From an uncultured bacterium (lineage in GTDB: Bacteria > Krumholzibacteriota > Krumholzibacteriia > LZORAL124-64-63), in contig CAVSZB010000008.1 of the NCBI GenBank assembly GCA_963732385.1, forward strand, positions 384,001-448,000: a DNA stretch of 64,000 nt, written 5' to 3'. Position 1 is the first letter of the stretch; each line of letters starts with the position of its first letter. The notes beneath the pieces are model-generated. The model saw only the letters and a program-made list of their open reading frames with translations. It was not told the DNA's origin and made no database searches. A program made the position numbers and the translations under genes. Positions 29,289 to 38,896 of the stretch are shown here, in pieces.

Positions 29289-31819
29289 GTGGTCATGCCG
29301 TTGGTCACAAAGGAAGGTTCATCATGGCCCTGCTGATTCGCCTCGTCCGCCGCCCGATGGGTGCATCGGGCGGTGTGCTTCTGGCTCTGCTGGCCCTGTC
29401 GGTGATCTCTGCCGCGGCGCCGGCGTTGGCCGCGCCGGCGTCGATCGACGCTTTGCCGGCCGCCCTGACCCACACCCTGCGCCCGCTTTCGGGGGTGCCG
29501 CGGCATGAGGCGCCGACGCCCGATCTGCCGGCCCTCGCGGCCGACGACGCGCGGCGCGAGCGCGACGGGCTGCCGCCCCGGTTCGCAGTGCCGTCGGCGA
29601 CGGCGCTCACGCCCGACAACGCCGGCGTCTGGGAGCCGCTCGATGCCCAGCATCAGTTGTGGCGTCTGCGGATCGCCGCCCCCGGCGCCGTATCTCTGAA
29701 CCTCGGTTTCACGCAGTTCCGTCTCCCCCGGGGGGGGCGTCTCTGCCTCTACCCGGCGTCCGATCCCGCCGGTGCCGTGATTTTTACCGACGCCGACAAC
29801 GAAGAGCACGGCCAGCTCTGGACGCCGGTCGTTGCGGGCGACGATCTCGTGGTGGAATTGACGCTTCACGCCACCACGCTCGCCGACTACAGGCTCGAAA
29901 TCGGTTCCGTGAACGTCGGCTATCGCGACTTCGGTCGGATCGCGCCGGACAAATCCGGCACCTGCAACATCGACGTGGTCTGCCCCGAGGGCGATCCGTG
30001 GCGGGACGAGATCCAGTCGGTGGGGGTCATCTCTACCGGCGGCTCCACCTTCTGCACCGGCTTCATGGTCAACAACACGGCGCAGGACGCGAAGCCGTAC
30101 TTCATGACCGCGAACCACTGCGGCGTCACCGCGCTCAACGCGCCGTCGCTGGTCGTGTACTGGAACTTCCAGAGCCCGACCTGCGGCCTGCAGGGGGGCG
30201 GTTCGCTGGCCAGTTTCCAGACCGGCTCGTTCTTCCGCGCCACCTACGCCACCTCCGACTTCACGCTCGTCGAGCTGGACGACGCGCCCGCGCCGGCGTG
30301 GAACGTCACCTTCGCCGGCTGGGACCGGACGGCGGTCAATCCGACGCGGGGCACCGCCATCCACCATCCGAACACCGACGAGAAGAGCATCAGTTTCGAG
30401 AACGACCCGCTGCAGACGACCACCTACCTCAGCACCGTCAGCCCCGGCGATGGCTCGCACCTGCGCGTGGTGGACTGGGATCTGGGCACGACGGAACCGG
30501 GTTCCTCCGGCTCCCCGCTCTTCGACCAGAACCACCACATCGTCGGACAACTCCATGGCGGCTATGCCGCGTGCGGGAACAACGAGTCCGACTGGTACGG
30601 TCGCTTCTCCGTCTCCTGGGCCGGTGGGGGCGCCAGCGCATCGCGCCTGAGCAACTGGCTCGACCCGCTCAGCACCGGCCAGACGACGCTCGGTCTGTAC
30701 GCGCCGTACAAGGCCAGCCTGCGGGTCCTGCCGGGCGACAGTCTGGCTTCGGCGGGTCCGCTGGGGGGGCCGTTCACGCCCGACTCGCTGGTCTACACCC
30801 TGACCAATCTCGGCACTGCCGATCTTGTCTGGCGGGCGAGCCATGGCGCCGGCTGGGCCACCGTCAGCCCCGACAACGGAATCATCCCGGTCGCCGGCGC
30901 GGTGTCGGTGACCGTGGCGCTGAACGCCTTCGCCGAGTTGCTGCCCGCGGGGGTCTGGGCCGACACGGTCAGCTTCGTCAACGAAACCGACCACCTCGGA
31001 GACCAGCAGCGGTCGGTGTCGATCCAGGTCGGCAGTCCCACGCTGGTCTACGACTGGCCGCTCGACACCAACCCCGGCTGGACGATGGAGGGGCAGTGGG
31101 CCTTCGGCGTTCCCCTGGGCGTGGCCGGCTCCTACGGTCCTCCCGACCCGACGTCGGGTCACACCGGTACGAACGTGCTCGGTTACAATCTGGCCGGCAC
31201 CTACGCCAGCGATCTGCCCGAGACGCACCTGACGAGCCCGGGGCTCGACTGCAGCGGGATGCGCTCGGTCATCCTGCGCTACTGGCGCTGGCTCGGGGTA
31301 GAGCAGCCGGCGTATGATCACGCCTCGTTGCGCGCGAGCGCCGACGGCGTGGACTGGACGACCGTCTGGGAGAACGGCAGCGAGATCGCCGACAGCGGCT
31401 GGGTGCTGCAGGAGTTCGACATCTCTGCGGTGGCGGCGCGTCAGCCGGCCGTGCGGCTGCGGTGGACCATGGGCACGACCGACTCCAGCTGGAACTACTG
31501 CGGCTGGAACCTCGACGACATCGCGGTCTGGGGCTTCCCGCTCGCTCCGGTCGACGTGCCCGACGGTCCGCCGCCGGCGCGCACGGCGCTCCTGGGCAAC
31601 ACCCCCAACCCGTTCAACCCGCTGACCGAGGTGGTTTTCGATCTGGCCCGGTCCGGCCCGGTCCGCCTGACGGTGCACGATGTGCGCGGGCGGCTCGTGC
31701 GCGTGCTGAGGAACGGCTCGCTGGAGGCCGGTCGCCATACGGAACGTTGGGACGGTTGCGACGCCGCCGGTCACGAGGTCGCCAGCGGAACCTATCTGCT
31801 GCGGCTCGAGACCGCCGAC
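26817..31819 (+). repeat. Tandem ~2.45-kb duplication (26817-29252 vs 29369-31819)
   Basis: Offset 2552 nt, 2567 after a 15-nt indel; long blocks appear identical by eye. Confidence 0.95.
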
Positions 31820-31855
31820 GCGCATACGGAACGCAAAATGGTGCTCGCGCGCTGA
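29324..31855 (+). CDS. Secreted lysyl-endopeptidase-like S1 protease with FlgD-Ig CTD (copy 2)
   Basis: Same motifs as copy 1; own RBS AAAGGAAGG. Confidence 0.9.
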   Translation: MALLIRLVRRPMGASGGVLLALLALSVISAAAPALAAPASIDALPAALTHTLRPLSGVPRHEAPTPDLPALAADDARRERDGLPPRFAVPSATALTPDNAGVWEPLDAQHQLWRLRIAAPGAVSLNLGFTQFRLPRGGRLCLYPASDPAGAVIFTDADNEEHGQLWTPVVAGDDLVVELTLHATTLADYRLEIGSVNVGYRDFGRIAPDKSGTCNIDVVCPEGDPWRDEIQSVGVISTGGSTFCTGFMVNNTAQDAKPYFMTANHCGVTALNAPSLVVYWNFQSPTCGLQGGGSLASFQTGSFFRATYATSDFTLVELDDAPAPAWNVTFAGWDRTAVNPTRGTAIHHPNTDEKSISFENDPLQTTTYLSTVSPGDGSHLRVVDWDLGTTEPGSSGSPLFDQNHHIVGQLHGGYAACGNNESDWYGRFSVSWAGGGASASRLSNWLDPLSTGQTTLGLYAPYKASLRVLPGDSLASAGPLGGPFTPDSLVYTLTNLGTADLVWRASHGAGWATVSPDNGIIPVAGAVSVTVALNAFAELLPAGVWADTVSFVNETDHLGDQQRSVSIQVGSPTLVYDWPLDTNPGWTMEGQWAFGVPLGVAGSYGPPDPTSGHTGTNVLGYNLAGTYASDLPETHLTSPGLDCSGMRSVILRYWRWLGVEQPAYDHASLRASADGVDWTTVWENGSEIADSGWVLQEFDISAVAARQPAVRLRWTMGTTDSSWNYCGWNLDDIAVWGFPLAPVDVPDGPPPARTALLGNTPNPFNPLTEVVFDLARSGPVRLTVHDVRGRLVRVLRNGSLEAGRHTERWDGCDAAGHEVASGTYLLRLETADAHTERKMVLAR

Positions 31856-31888
31856 GCGGTCATTCAGTTGCCTGCGGCCCTCGCCCGG

Positions 31889-32560
31889 TCAGTCCAGGCG
31901 GCCGCTGATGAGCACGTGCCGGTCGCTGACCACCCGCACGCTGAAGTGCGACAGGCCGGAGGCCGCCAGCTGCTGGCGGATTTCGTGTGGTTCGAAAGCG
32001 GCGTGGAGGGAGTTGGCGAAGTCGCGCTTGAGCAGCGGCGGGGCGTCCGCGGCGTGCTTGGCGACGATTTCCCGTACCTGCGCTTGCGTCGCCGGCCGGA
32101 ATAGATCCATGACGAGAATCGGGGCGTTGGGCAGGGCGCGCCGACGGATCGTCGCCCACAACAGCTCCGGCAGCGCCAGATGGTGCAGGAGGCTGTTGCT
32201 CAGGACGGCGTCGTAGCGCTCCCTCGGCAGGGTCGGTCCGGGTAACCGGTCGCGGACGAATGTCACCCGGTCGGCGCACGCGGGCGCGGTGCAGCGCGCC
32301 TCCTCAGCGAGCCGGATCATCGCGTCGGAGCCGTCCAGGCCGTGAATCGTGCCGCCAGGGTGCTCCTGGGCGATCCGCAGCACGATAGCGCCCGGTCCGC
32401 AGCCGAGGTCGAGCGCGCAGCCGGAGAAGTCGCTCCCCGCCAGTTCGCCGAAGAAACGCACGAAAATGTCGTTCGCCCCGGCGAAGTCGGCGCGCGCGTA
32501 GGCCAGGGCGACCGCGTCGTCTTCGATCAATTCGGGTTCCAGGATCCGTTTCATGGACAT
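31889..32560 (-). CDS. Class I SAM-dependent methyltransferase
   Basis: RILEPEL..YARADF, LDLGCGPG, GLDGS, SNSLLHH. Confidence 0.9.
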   Translation of the reverse strand: MSMKRILEPELIEDDAVALAYARADFAGANDIFVRFFGELAGSDFSGCALDLGCGPGAIVLRIAQEHPGGTIHGLDGSDAMIRLAEEARCTAPACADRVTFVRDRLPGPTLPRERYDAVLSNSLLHHLALPELLWATIRRRALPNAPILVMDLFRPATQAQVREIVAKHAADAPPLLKRDFANSLHAAFEPHEIRQQLAASGLSHFSVRVVSDRHVLISGRLD

Positions 32561-32770
32561 CGCCTCCGGTGGGGGCCGGATTGCGCCGCCGGCGTTCCCG
32601 CGCTGCGCCGGGCGAACGCTGTCGGGGATGTCTCCATCCTAGCGCATCACGGTGACAGGGGCAACGGGTGTGGCGGGGGATCGCGACCGCTCTCCCGGGC
32701 TTTCCCGGTGGCCCGCCGTGCGCTATCGTGTCGGGGTGCCGGCGTCGCGTGGCCCGGCCGAGGAGGCGCC

Positions 32771-34066
32771 GTGATTCCCCGTTACCAGACCCCCGCCATG
32801 ACCGCTCTCTGGTCCGACCGTCGCCGCTTCGAGATCTGGCAGGAGATCGAGGTGACGGTGTGCGAGGTGCGCGCCGACCGCGGGGAGATTCCCCGCGAGG
32901 AGGCGCGCCTCATCCGGGAGCGGGCCGGCTTCGATGTGGCGCGGATCGCCGCCATCGAAGAGACCGTCCAGCACGACGTCATCGCCTTCCTTACCAGCCT
33001 GGGCGAGCAGATCGGCCCGCCGGCGCGTCACGTGCATGAGGGGATGACGAGCAGCGACCTGCTCGACACCGCATTCGCGCTGCAACTGCGGGCGGCGGGC
33101 GGCCTGCTGGGCGACGCGCTCGACGGACTGCTCGACGCCACCGCGCGTCGTGCCCGCGAGCATCAGCGCACGGTCATGGCGGGCCGCAGTCACGGCATCC
33201 ACGCGGAGCCGACGACCTTCGGGCTGAAGTTGCTGGTCTACTGGGACGAGTTGCGCCGCGCGCGCCGCCGGCTCGACGCCGCGGTGGTCGAGGTGGCCTG
33301 CGGCAAGCTGTCGGGCGCGGTCGGTACGCTCGCCCACCTCGATCCCGAAGTCGAGGTCGAAACGATGCGCCGCCTCGGCCTGGGCACGGCGCCGGTCGCC
33401 ACGCAGGTAGTCCAGCGCGATCGTCACGCCGCGTTCCTGAACGCCGTGGCGCTGACCGGGGCGGTCCTCGAGCAGATGGCGGTGGAGATCCGCAACCTCC
33501 AGCGCACCGACGTGCATGAGGTGGAGGAGCCGTTCGGCCGCGGCCAGAAGGGTTCCAGCGCCATGCCGCACAAGAAGAATCCGATCGTCAGCGAGCGGAT
33601 CACCGGGCTGGCGCGCCTGCTGCGGGGCTATGCGCACACCGGGCTGGAAAACGTCGCGCTCTGGCACGAGCGCGACATTTCCCACTCTTCGGTGGAGCGG
33701 ATCATCTTTCCCGACGCGTGCCATGTCCTGCACTACATGCTGCAGAAGATGACCTGGCTGATCGACGGGCTGGTCGTCTTTCCGGAGCGGATGCGCGAGA
33801 ATCTCGACCGGGTGCGCGGGCTGGTCTACTCGCAGGCGGTGTTGCTGGCGCTGGTGTCGGCCGGTGCGAACCGGGAGGAGGCATATTCCTGGGTGCAGCG
33901 CTGCGCGATGCAGGTCTGGGACGCCGGCCGCGATTTCCGGGCCGCGCTGGCCGCCGATCCCGACGTGACCACGCGGCTGGGGGAGGCCGGGCTGGCGGCC
34001 TGTTTCGATCCGGAGCGGCACCTGCGCCACGTCGAGGCGATCTTCGCCCGGACGCTGGCGGACTAG
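32771..34066 (+). CDS. purB: Adenylosuccinate lyase
   Basis: HDVIAF, GRSHGIHAEPTTFG, GSSAMPHKKNP, LWHERDISHSSVER; RBS AGGAGG before GTG. Confidence 0.97.
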   Translation: MIPRYQTPAMTALWSDRRRFEIWQEIEVTVCEVRADRGEIPREEARLIRERAGFDVARIAAIEETVQHDVIAFLTSLGEQIGPPARHVHEGMTSSDLLDTAFALQLRAAGGLLGDALDGLLDATARRAREHQRTVMAGRSHGIHAEPTTFGLKLLVYWDELRRARRRLDAAVVEVACGKLSGAVGTLAHLDPEVEVETMRRLGLGTAPVATQVVQRDRHAAFLNAVALTGAVLEQMAVEIRNLQRTDVHEVEEPFGRGQKGSSAMPHKKNPIVSERITGLARLLRGYAHTGLENVALWHERDISHSSVERIIFPDACHVLHYMLQKMTWLIDGLVVFPERMRENLDRVRGLVYSQAVLLALVSAGANREEAYSWVQRCAMQVWDAGRDFRAALAADPDVTTRLGEAGLAACFDPERHLRHVEAIFARTLAD

Positions 34067-34121
34067 CGGCCCGCCGGGGCCCGGGGGGAGACGGCGGGCC
34101 GCGCCGAGCGTCCCCTTTTTT
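34066..34121 (+). terminator. Probable terminator after purB
   Basis: GCGGCCCGCCG...CGGCGGGCCGC stem with a downstream T run. Confidence 0.45.
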
Positions 34122-34235
34122 CGTTACCCTCTTGCGCTGTCATGCGTTACATTGAGCCAGCCGGCGATCGGACCGGATCACAACATCCGCGGCGTCGATC
34201 GTGTAAGCCGCGACAGGTATTGTCGTTATTGAGGA

Positions 34236-34898
34236 ATGCCGCGGAGTCCATGGATGGTCAGAGCCGCGTCCCCGCGCAAGTTGCCGTCCCTGGGACCGCC
34301 CACCCTCTCCTGCCATCCCCTCACCCCCGATCGCTGGGCCGATTTCGCGGCGTTGTTCGGGACGCGGGGCGCGTGCGGCGGCTGTTGGTGCATGGCGTGG
34401 CGGCGGACCGCCGCGCAGTTCGCCGCGGGCAAGGGTGGCAGCAACCGACGTGCGATGCGCAGGCTCGTCGCAGCGGGGGCCCAACCCGGAATTCTCGCCT
34501 ACGCCGGGGACGAGCCGGTCGGCTGGTGTTCGGTCGCGCCGCGCGGGCAGTTCGTGCGGCTGGCGGCCTCACGGATCCTGGCGCCGGTCGATGAGCGGCC
34601 GGTCTGGTCGGTGAGTTGCTTCTTCGTGCGCCGGGACTGGCAGGGACGCGGGCTGTCGGTGCGCCTGCTCGAGGCCGCGGTGGCGTACGCACGGGCCGGC
34701 GGCGCGCGCCTGATCGAGGGATACCCGTACGCGCCGGCGGGCCGCCTGCCGGGGGCGTTCGTCTGGACCGGCCTTGAAGGGACGTTCCGGGAGGCTGGCT
34801 TCACCGAGGTGGCGCGCCGCTCGGCGGGGCGCCCGATCATGAGGCGGGAGATCGCGCGCGGACGATGTCCGGCGGGGGAGGCGAAGCGGAGCGGATGA
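34236..34898 (+). CDS. GNAT family acetyltransferase
   Basis: GCWCM, VGWCSVAPR, SCFFV...QGRGLS, IEGYP; start uncertain (34236 or 34254). Confidence 0.88.
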   Translation: MPRSPWMVRAASPRKLPSLGPPTLSCHPLTPDRWADFAALFGTRGACGGCWCMAWRRTAAQFAAGKGGSNRRAMRRLVAAGAQPGILAYAGDEPVGWCSVAPRGQFVRLAASRILAPVDERPVWSVSCFFVRRDWQGRGLSVRLLEAAVAYARAGGARLIEGYPYAPAGRLPGAFVWTGLEGTFREAGFTEVARRSAGRPIMRREIARGRCPAGEAKRSG

Positions 34899-37800
34899 CC
34901 ATCCACGACGACAGCGGCGAGTTCGTGCCGGTGTGCGCCCTCGCGGACGCGACGCTGATGACCACGCTGGGGCGCCACGCCCTCACGCTCTCGCCCGCCG
35001 AAGCGCGCCGCGTGGCCGATCTGCTCGGCCGCGATCCGACCCTCACCGAACTGACCCTCTTCGACACCATGTGGAGCGAGCACTGCTCCTACAAGAGCAG
35101 CCGCCACGTGTTGAAGGAGTTCCTGCCGACGGAGGCGTCGAACGTCATCCTCGGGCCGGGGGAGGACGCCGGCATCGTGGATTTCGGCGAGGTGGGCGGG
35201 GTCCGCTACGGCGTCGTCATCGCGCACGAGAGTCACAACCATCCCAGCCAGGTCATGCCGGTCGAGGGGGCGGCCACCGGGATCGGCGGCATCGTGCGGG
35301 ACGTCTACTGCATGGGCGCCGACGTGATCGGCGTGCTCGATCCGCTGCGTTTCGGCTGGCCGGCCGGAGTGGGGGCGGAGGCGCGCCTCGAGATCGCGCG
35401 CGAGGTGGTCACCGGGATCTGGGAGTACGGCAACGCGCTCGGAGTGCCGAATCTCGGCGGCGATGTCGTATTCCACCCGTCCTTCGACGAGAACTGCCTC
35501 GTGAACGTGGTGGCTCTCGGCCTCGTGCCGGTCGATCACATCGTGCGCAGCGCGGTGCCGCCGCAGGCAAAAGACGAGCCGTACGACCTGATCCTCGTCG
35601 GCAAGCCGACCGACTGGAGCGGCATGGGCGGCGCGGCGTTCGCCTCGGCCACGCTCGACGCCGCGGCCGCCACCGCCAACAAGGGGAGCGTGCAGGTTCC
35701 CGACCCGTTCCTCAAGCGGGTGCTGACGATCGCCAATCGCGAGGCGCTGGCGTTCGCGAGGCGCGAGGGGGTGGCGATCGGTTTCAAGGATCTCGGCGCG
35801 GGCGGCATCAGCTGTGTGACCAGCGAACTGGCGGATGCGGGCGGTTTCGGCTGCGACGTGGATCTGGCGCTGGTGCACGTCGCGCCTGGGCCTGTCCCGG
35901 CGCGGGTGGTGGCCTGTTCGGAGACGCAGGAGCGCTACGGACTGGCCGTGCCAGCGCGCCTGACCGAGCGGTTCCTGCGCATCTACAACGAGGATTTCGC
36001 CCTGCCGACGCTCTACGACGGCGCGGGCGCGCGGCGCATCGGCCGGGTCACCACGGATCAGGTCTACCGGCTGCGCCACGGAGAACGGATGCTCTGCGAC
36101 ACTCCGGTGGGCAACATCACGGCCGGCATCCGCTACGATCGAATCTGGCGCGCGCCGGAAGGGGCGGTGCCGCCGCACGACTCGCGCGGTCCGGAGCGTC
36201 CCGATGACGAGCTCGCAGCCGAGTGGATCGCCCTGGCCGGGCATCCCAATCTGGCCTCGCGCGAGCATCTGTACCGGCACTACGACAGCGAGGTGCGTGG
36301 CGCGGCGGTGCTGCGCCCCGGCGAGGCGGACGCCGGCGTGGTCGCGCCGGTGCCCGGCTCTGCACGCGGCGTGGCGGTCACGGTCGATGGCAACCCGGCG
36401 CTCGGTCTGGCCGATCCGTACGTCGGCGGCGCGCTGGCGGTCGTCGAGGCGTGCCGCAACCTGGCCTGCGTGGGGGCGATACCGGCCGCGATCACCGACT
36501 GCCTCAACTTCGGCAATCCCGAGGACCCCGAGGTGTTCTGGCAGTTCCGGGAGGCGGTGCGCGGCCTGGCCGACGCCTGCCGCGGCCTGGGCCGGATCGA
36601 CGCGCCAGGGGAGCCGCTGCCGGTCGTGTCGGGCAATGTCAGCTTCTACAATCAGAGCCGGTCGGGACGCTCGGTGGCGCCATCGCCGATCGTGGCGGGC
36701 GTGGGGATCGTGCGCGACACGAGTGTCTGCCGCTCGCTGCGGTTCAAGCGCGCCGGCGATCATCTGTACCTGGTCGGCGCGCCGACGGCCGATCTGCTCG
36801 GCTCGATCTGTCGCGAGTCGGGACTGACCGTGGGGCGTCCGGTGGCGCCGCGGCCCGACTTCGCGGCCGCTCGCGCGGAGATTGCCGCGGTGATCGTGCT
36901 CGTGCAGAACGGTCTCGCCGTGGCGGCGCACGACATCAGCGACGGGGGACTGGCGCAGGCGCTGACCGAAATGGCGCTCGGACTCGAGGGGCAGCGCCGC
37001 CTGGGCGCGCGGATCGTGCTGCCGGCCGCCCTGTCACACCTGACGCTGCGTGAAGCGCTTTTCAGCGAGCAGGGCGGTTTCGTGGTCGAGGTGCCGGCCG
37101 CTCGCGCGGCGGAGGCGGGCGCGGTGCTCGATCGCACAGGGGCGCGGTGGTGGCCGCTCGGCGAGGTGACGAAGGAAGAGACGCTCACGGTCGCGCGGGC
37201 GGGCGAGCCGGCCGGGGCGTCCGCGGTGCGGCTGGAACTCGACAAGCTCGATGTCGCCTGGCGCGAGGGGCTGACCCGGCTCTGGGCCGGTGCGACACTG
37301 CCGGAGCGTGTCGCTGCCCCGGACAATGGCGCGGCGGGGACGGCCGCGGACCTGGCGGCGCCGGCGGACCTGGCGGCGCCGGTCCTGGTCCGGAGGGTGC
37401 GCCCGCGCGTGGCTGTCCTGCAGCTGCCCGGCATGAACTGCGAGGACGAGTCGGTGCGCGCGGTCGAGGCGGCGGGCGGCGATGCGGAGATCTTCCGCTG
37501 GACGCGGCCGGCCGCCGCGCTGGCCGCGTTCGACGGTTTCCTGCTGCCGGGAGGCTTTTCCTACCAGGATCGCGTGCGGGCCGGCGCGGTGGCGGCCAAG
37601 GATCCGCTGCTCGACGTCATCCTGCGGGCGGCGGAGGCGGGGCGGCCGGTGCTCGGCATCTGCAACGGCTGCCAGGTTCTGGTGGAGGCGGGTTTGGTGC
37701 CGGGGCGCGAGCCGGGGGCCGTGGAGGTGGCGCTGGCGCCCAACCTGGTGCCGGGCCGGCGTGGCTACCACTGCCGCTGGGTCGTGCTCGAACCGGTGGC

Positions 37801-38197
37801 GGCGTGCCGCTCGCCCTTCCTCGAGGGGCTGCCGGCGGACCTGCCGGTGCCGATGGCGCACGCACAGGGGCGCTTCACGCACGAGGATCCCGCGGCGTTC
37901 GCCGCGCTGGCGCGCGATGGTTTCGTGGCCCTCCGCTACGCCGGAACCGGGCCGGACGGCCGGGGTCCCGGCAACCCCAACGGTTCGCTGCTGGCCGCGG
38001 CGGCGCTCACGAACGTGCGGGGCAACGTCCTGGCGATCATGCCCCATCCGGAGCGGGCGGCCCTGCTGTGGCAGGTGCCCGAGGATCTGCCCCATGCCTG
38101 GGGGGAGCGGCGCCGGGCCGCGGCGGGCGATGCCCGTGCCCTGGCCTCGCCAGGGCCGGGCGCCGGGCTGTTGAGGCGGCTCGTGGAACTGTGCTGA
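34895..38197 (+). CDS. purL: FGAM synthase, small-type PurL fused to PurQ glutaminase domain
   Basis: WSEHCSYKSS, HESHNHPS, DLGAGG, DCLNFGNP, VVSGNVSFYN, HDISDGGL; then LPGGFSYQD, GICNGCQ, PHPER. Confidence 0.95.
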   Translation: MTIHDDSGEFVPVCALADATLMTTLGRHALTLSPAEARRVADLLGRDPTLTELTLFDTMWSEHCSYKSSRHVLKEFLPTEASNVILGPGEDAGIVDFGEVGGVRYGVVIAHESHNHPSQVMPVEGAATGIGGIVRDVYCMGADVIGVLDPLRFGWPAGVGAEARLEIAREVVTGIWEYGNALGVPNLGGDVVFHPSFDENCLVNVVALGLVPVDHIVRSAVPPQAKDEPYDLILVGKPTDWSGMGGAAFASATLDAAAATANKGSVQVPDPFLKRVLTIANREALAFARREGVAIGFKDLGAGGISCVTSELADAGGFGCDVDLALVHVAPGPVPARVVACSETQERYGLAVPARLTERFLRIYNEDFALPTLYDGAGARRIGRVTTDQVYRLRHGERMLCDTPVGNITAGIRYDRIWRAPEGAVPPHDSRGPERPDDELAAEWIALAGHPNLASREHLYRHYDSEVRGAAVLRPGEADAGVVAPVPGSARGVAVTVDGNPALGLADPYVGGALAVVEACRNLACVGAIPAAITDCLNFGNPEDPEVFWQFREAVRGLADACRGLGRIDAPGEPLPVVSGNVSFYNQSRSGRSVAPSPIVAGVGIVRDTSVCRSLRFKRAGDHLYLVGAPTADLLGSICRESGLTVGRPVAPRPDFAAARAEIAAVIVLVQNGLAVAAHDISDGGLAQALTEMALGLEGQRRLGARIVLPAALSHLTLREALFSEQGGFVVEVPAARAAEAGAVLDRTGARWWPLGEVTKEETLTVARAGEPAGASAVRLELDKLDVAWREGLTRLWAGATLPERVAAPDNGAAGTAADLAAPADLAAPVLVRRVRPRVAVLQLPGMNCEDESVRAVEAAGGDAEIFRWTRPAAALAAFDGFLLPGGFSYQDRVRAGAVAAKDPLLDVILRAAEAGRPVLGICNGCQVLVEAGLVPGREPGAVEVALAPNLVPGRRGYHCRWVVLEPVAACRSPFLEGLPADLPVPMAHAQGRFTHEDPAAFAALARDGFVALRYAGTGPDGRGPGNPNGSLLAAAALTNVRGNVLAIMPHPERAALLWQVPEDLPHAWGERRRAAAGDARALASPGPGAGLLRRLVELC

Positions 38198-38234
38198 ACG
38201 GTCTGCGGCCGCCGGCCGCGGGTGAAGGCGGAAC

Positions 38235-38870
38235 ATGGCCGAACAGGTTACTTTGTTGACCAGTCACAAGGGTGTCGATCTGCACGCCGCCACCGCCGGG
38301 CGGGTCCTGCGCGATCTGCCCGGCGGCGGCGAGCGGCTGCTGGCGCTGGCGCGGGCCGAATTCCATACGTTCTGGCCCGAAACGGAGGTCCTGGCCGGGC
38401 CGGGCGCCGAACGGCTGACGGTGGATCGCCTGCTCGCCACGGGGCGCTACTTCAACCCCAACAAGCACCACTATGCCCATTTCCGGCGGGCCGGATCGGG
38501 CGGTCCGTGGGCCGGACGGGGTGAAGGGTGCCGTGGCGCGGCGCTGCCCGACGGCTGGCCCGGAACGCTGGTCGCCAGCGATTGTGGTGTCGCCGACCCG
38601 GGGTCTCTGGAGCGGCTGCTGGGCGCCGGGCCGCCGCCGGCGGGCGCGGGCTGCGTGGATGTCTGCGCCTTTCCGCTGGACGCCCCGGGACCGCTGCTTT
38701 CGGGGGTGCTCTGGCGACTGGTGATCGGGCCCGGCGCGGCGGATGTGCTGGAGGTCGCTGAGGCGCTCGCGGTGACGGGCGGGGCGCGTCACGGGCTGCT
38801 GGTCAATCCGCACATGGATGGGTGGCTGATCGGTGCGCGGGGCGCGATCGGCCCCGGAGGTCGGAACTGA
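38235..38870 (+). CDS. Hypothetical protein, putative tandem PurS-like subunit
   Basis: Lies between purLQ and purF; two halves ending YFNPNKHHY and LLVNPHMD, resembling the PurS LLANP motif. Confidence 0.5.
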   Translation: MAEQVTLLTSHKGVDLHAATAGRVLRDLPGGGERLLALARAEFHTFWPETEVLAGPGAERLTVDRLLATGRYFNPNKHHYAHFRRAGSGGPWAGRGEGCRGAALPDGWPGTLVASDCGVADPGSLERLLGAGPPPAGAGCVDVCAFPLDAPGPLLSGVLWRLVIGPGAADVLEVAEALAVTGGARHGLLVNPHMDGWLIGARGAIGPGGRN

Positions 38871-38896
38871 ACCTGGTCGTGGGCCGGGGAGGATGC

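Noticed and set aside
26817..31819. Diversity-generating retroelement TR/VR pair as explanation for the duplicated protease
   Set aside because: Differences are not adenine-specific, the repeat is gene-length, and no reverse transcriptase is in the window
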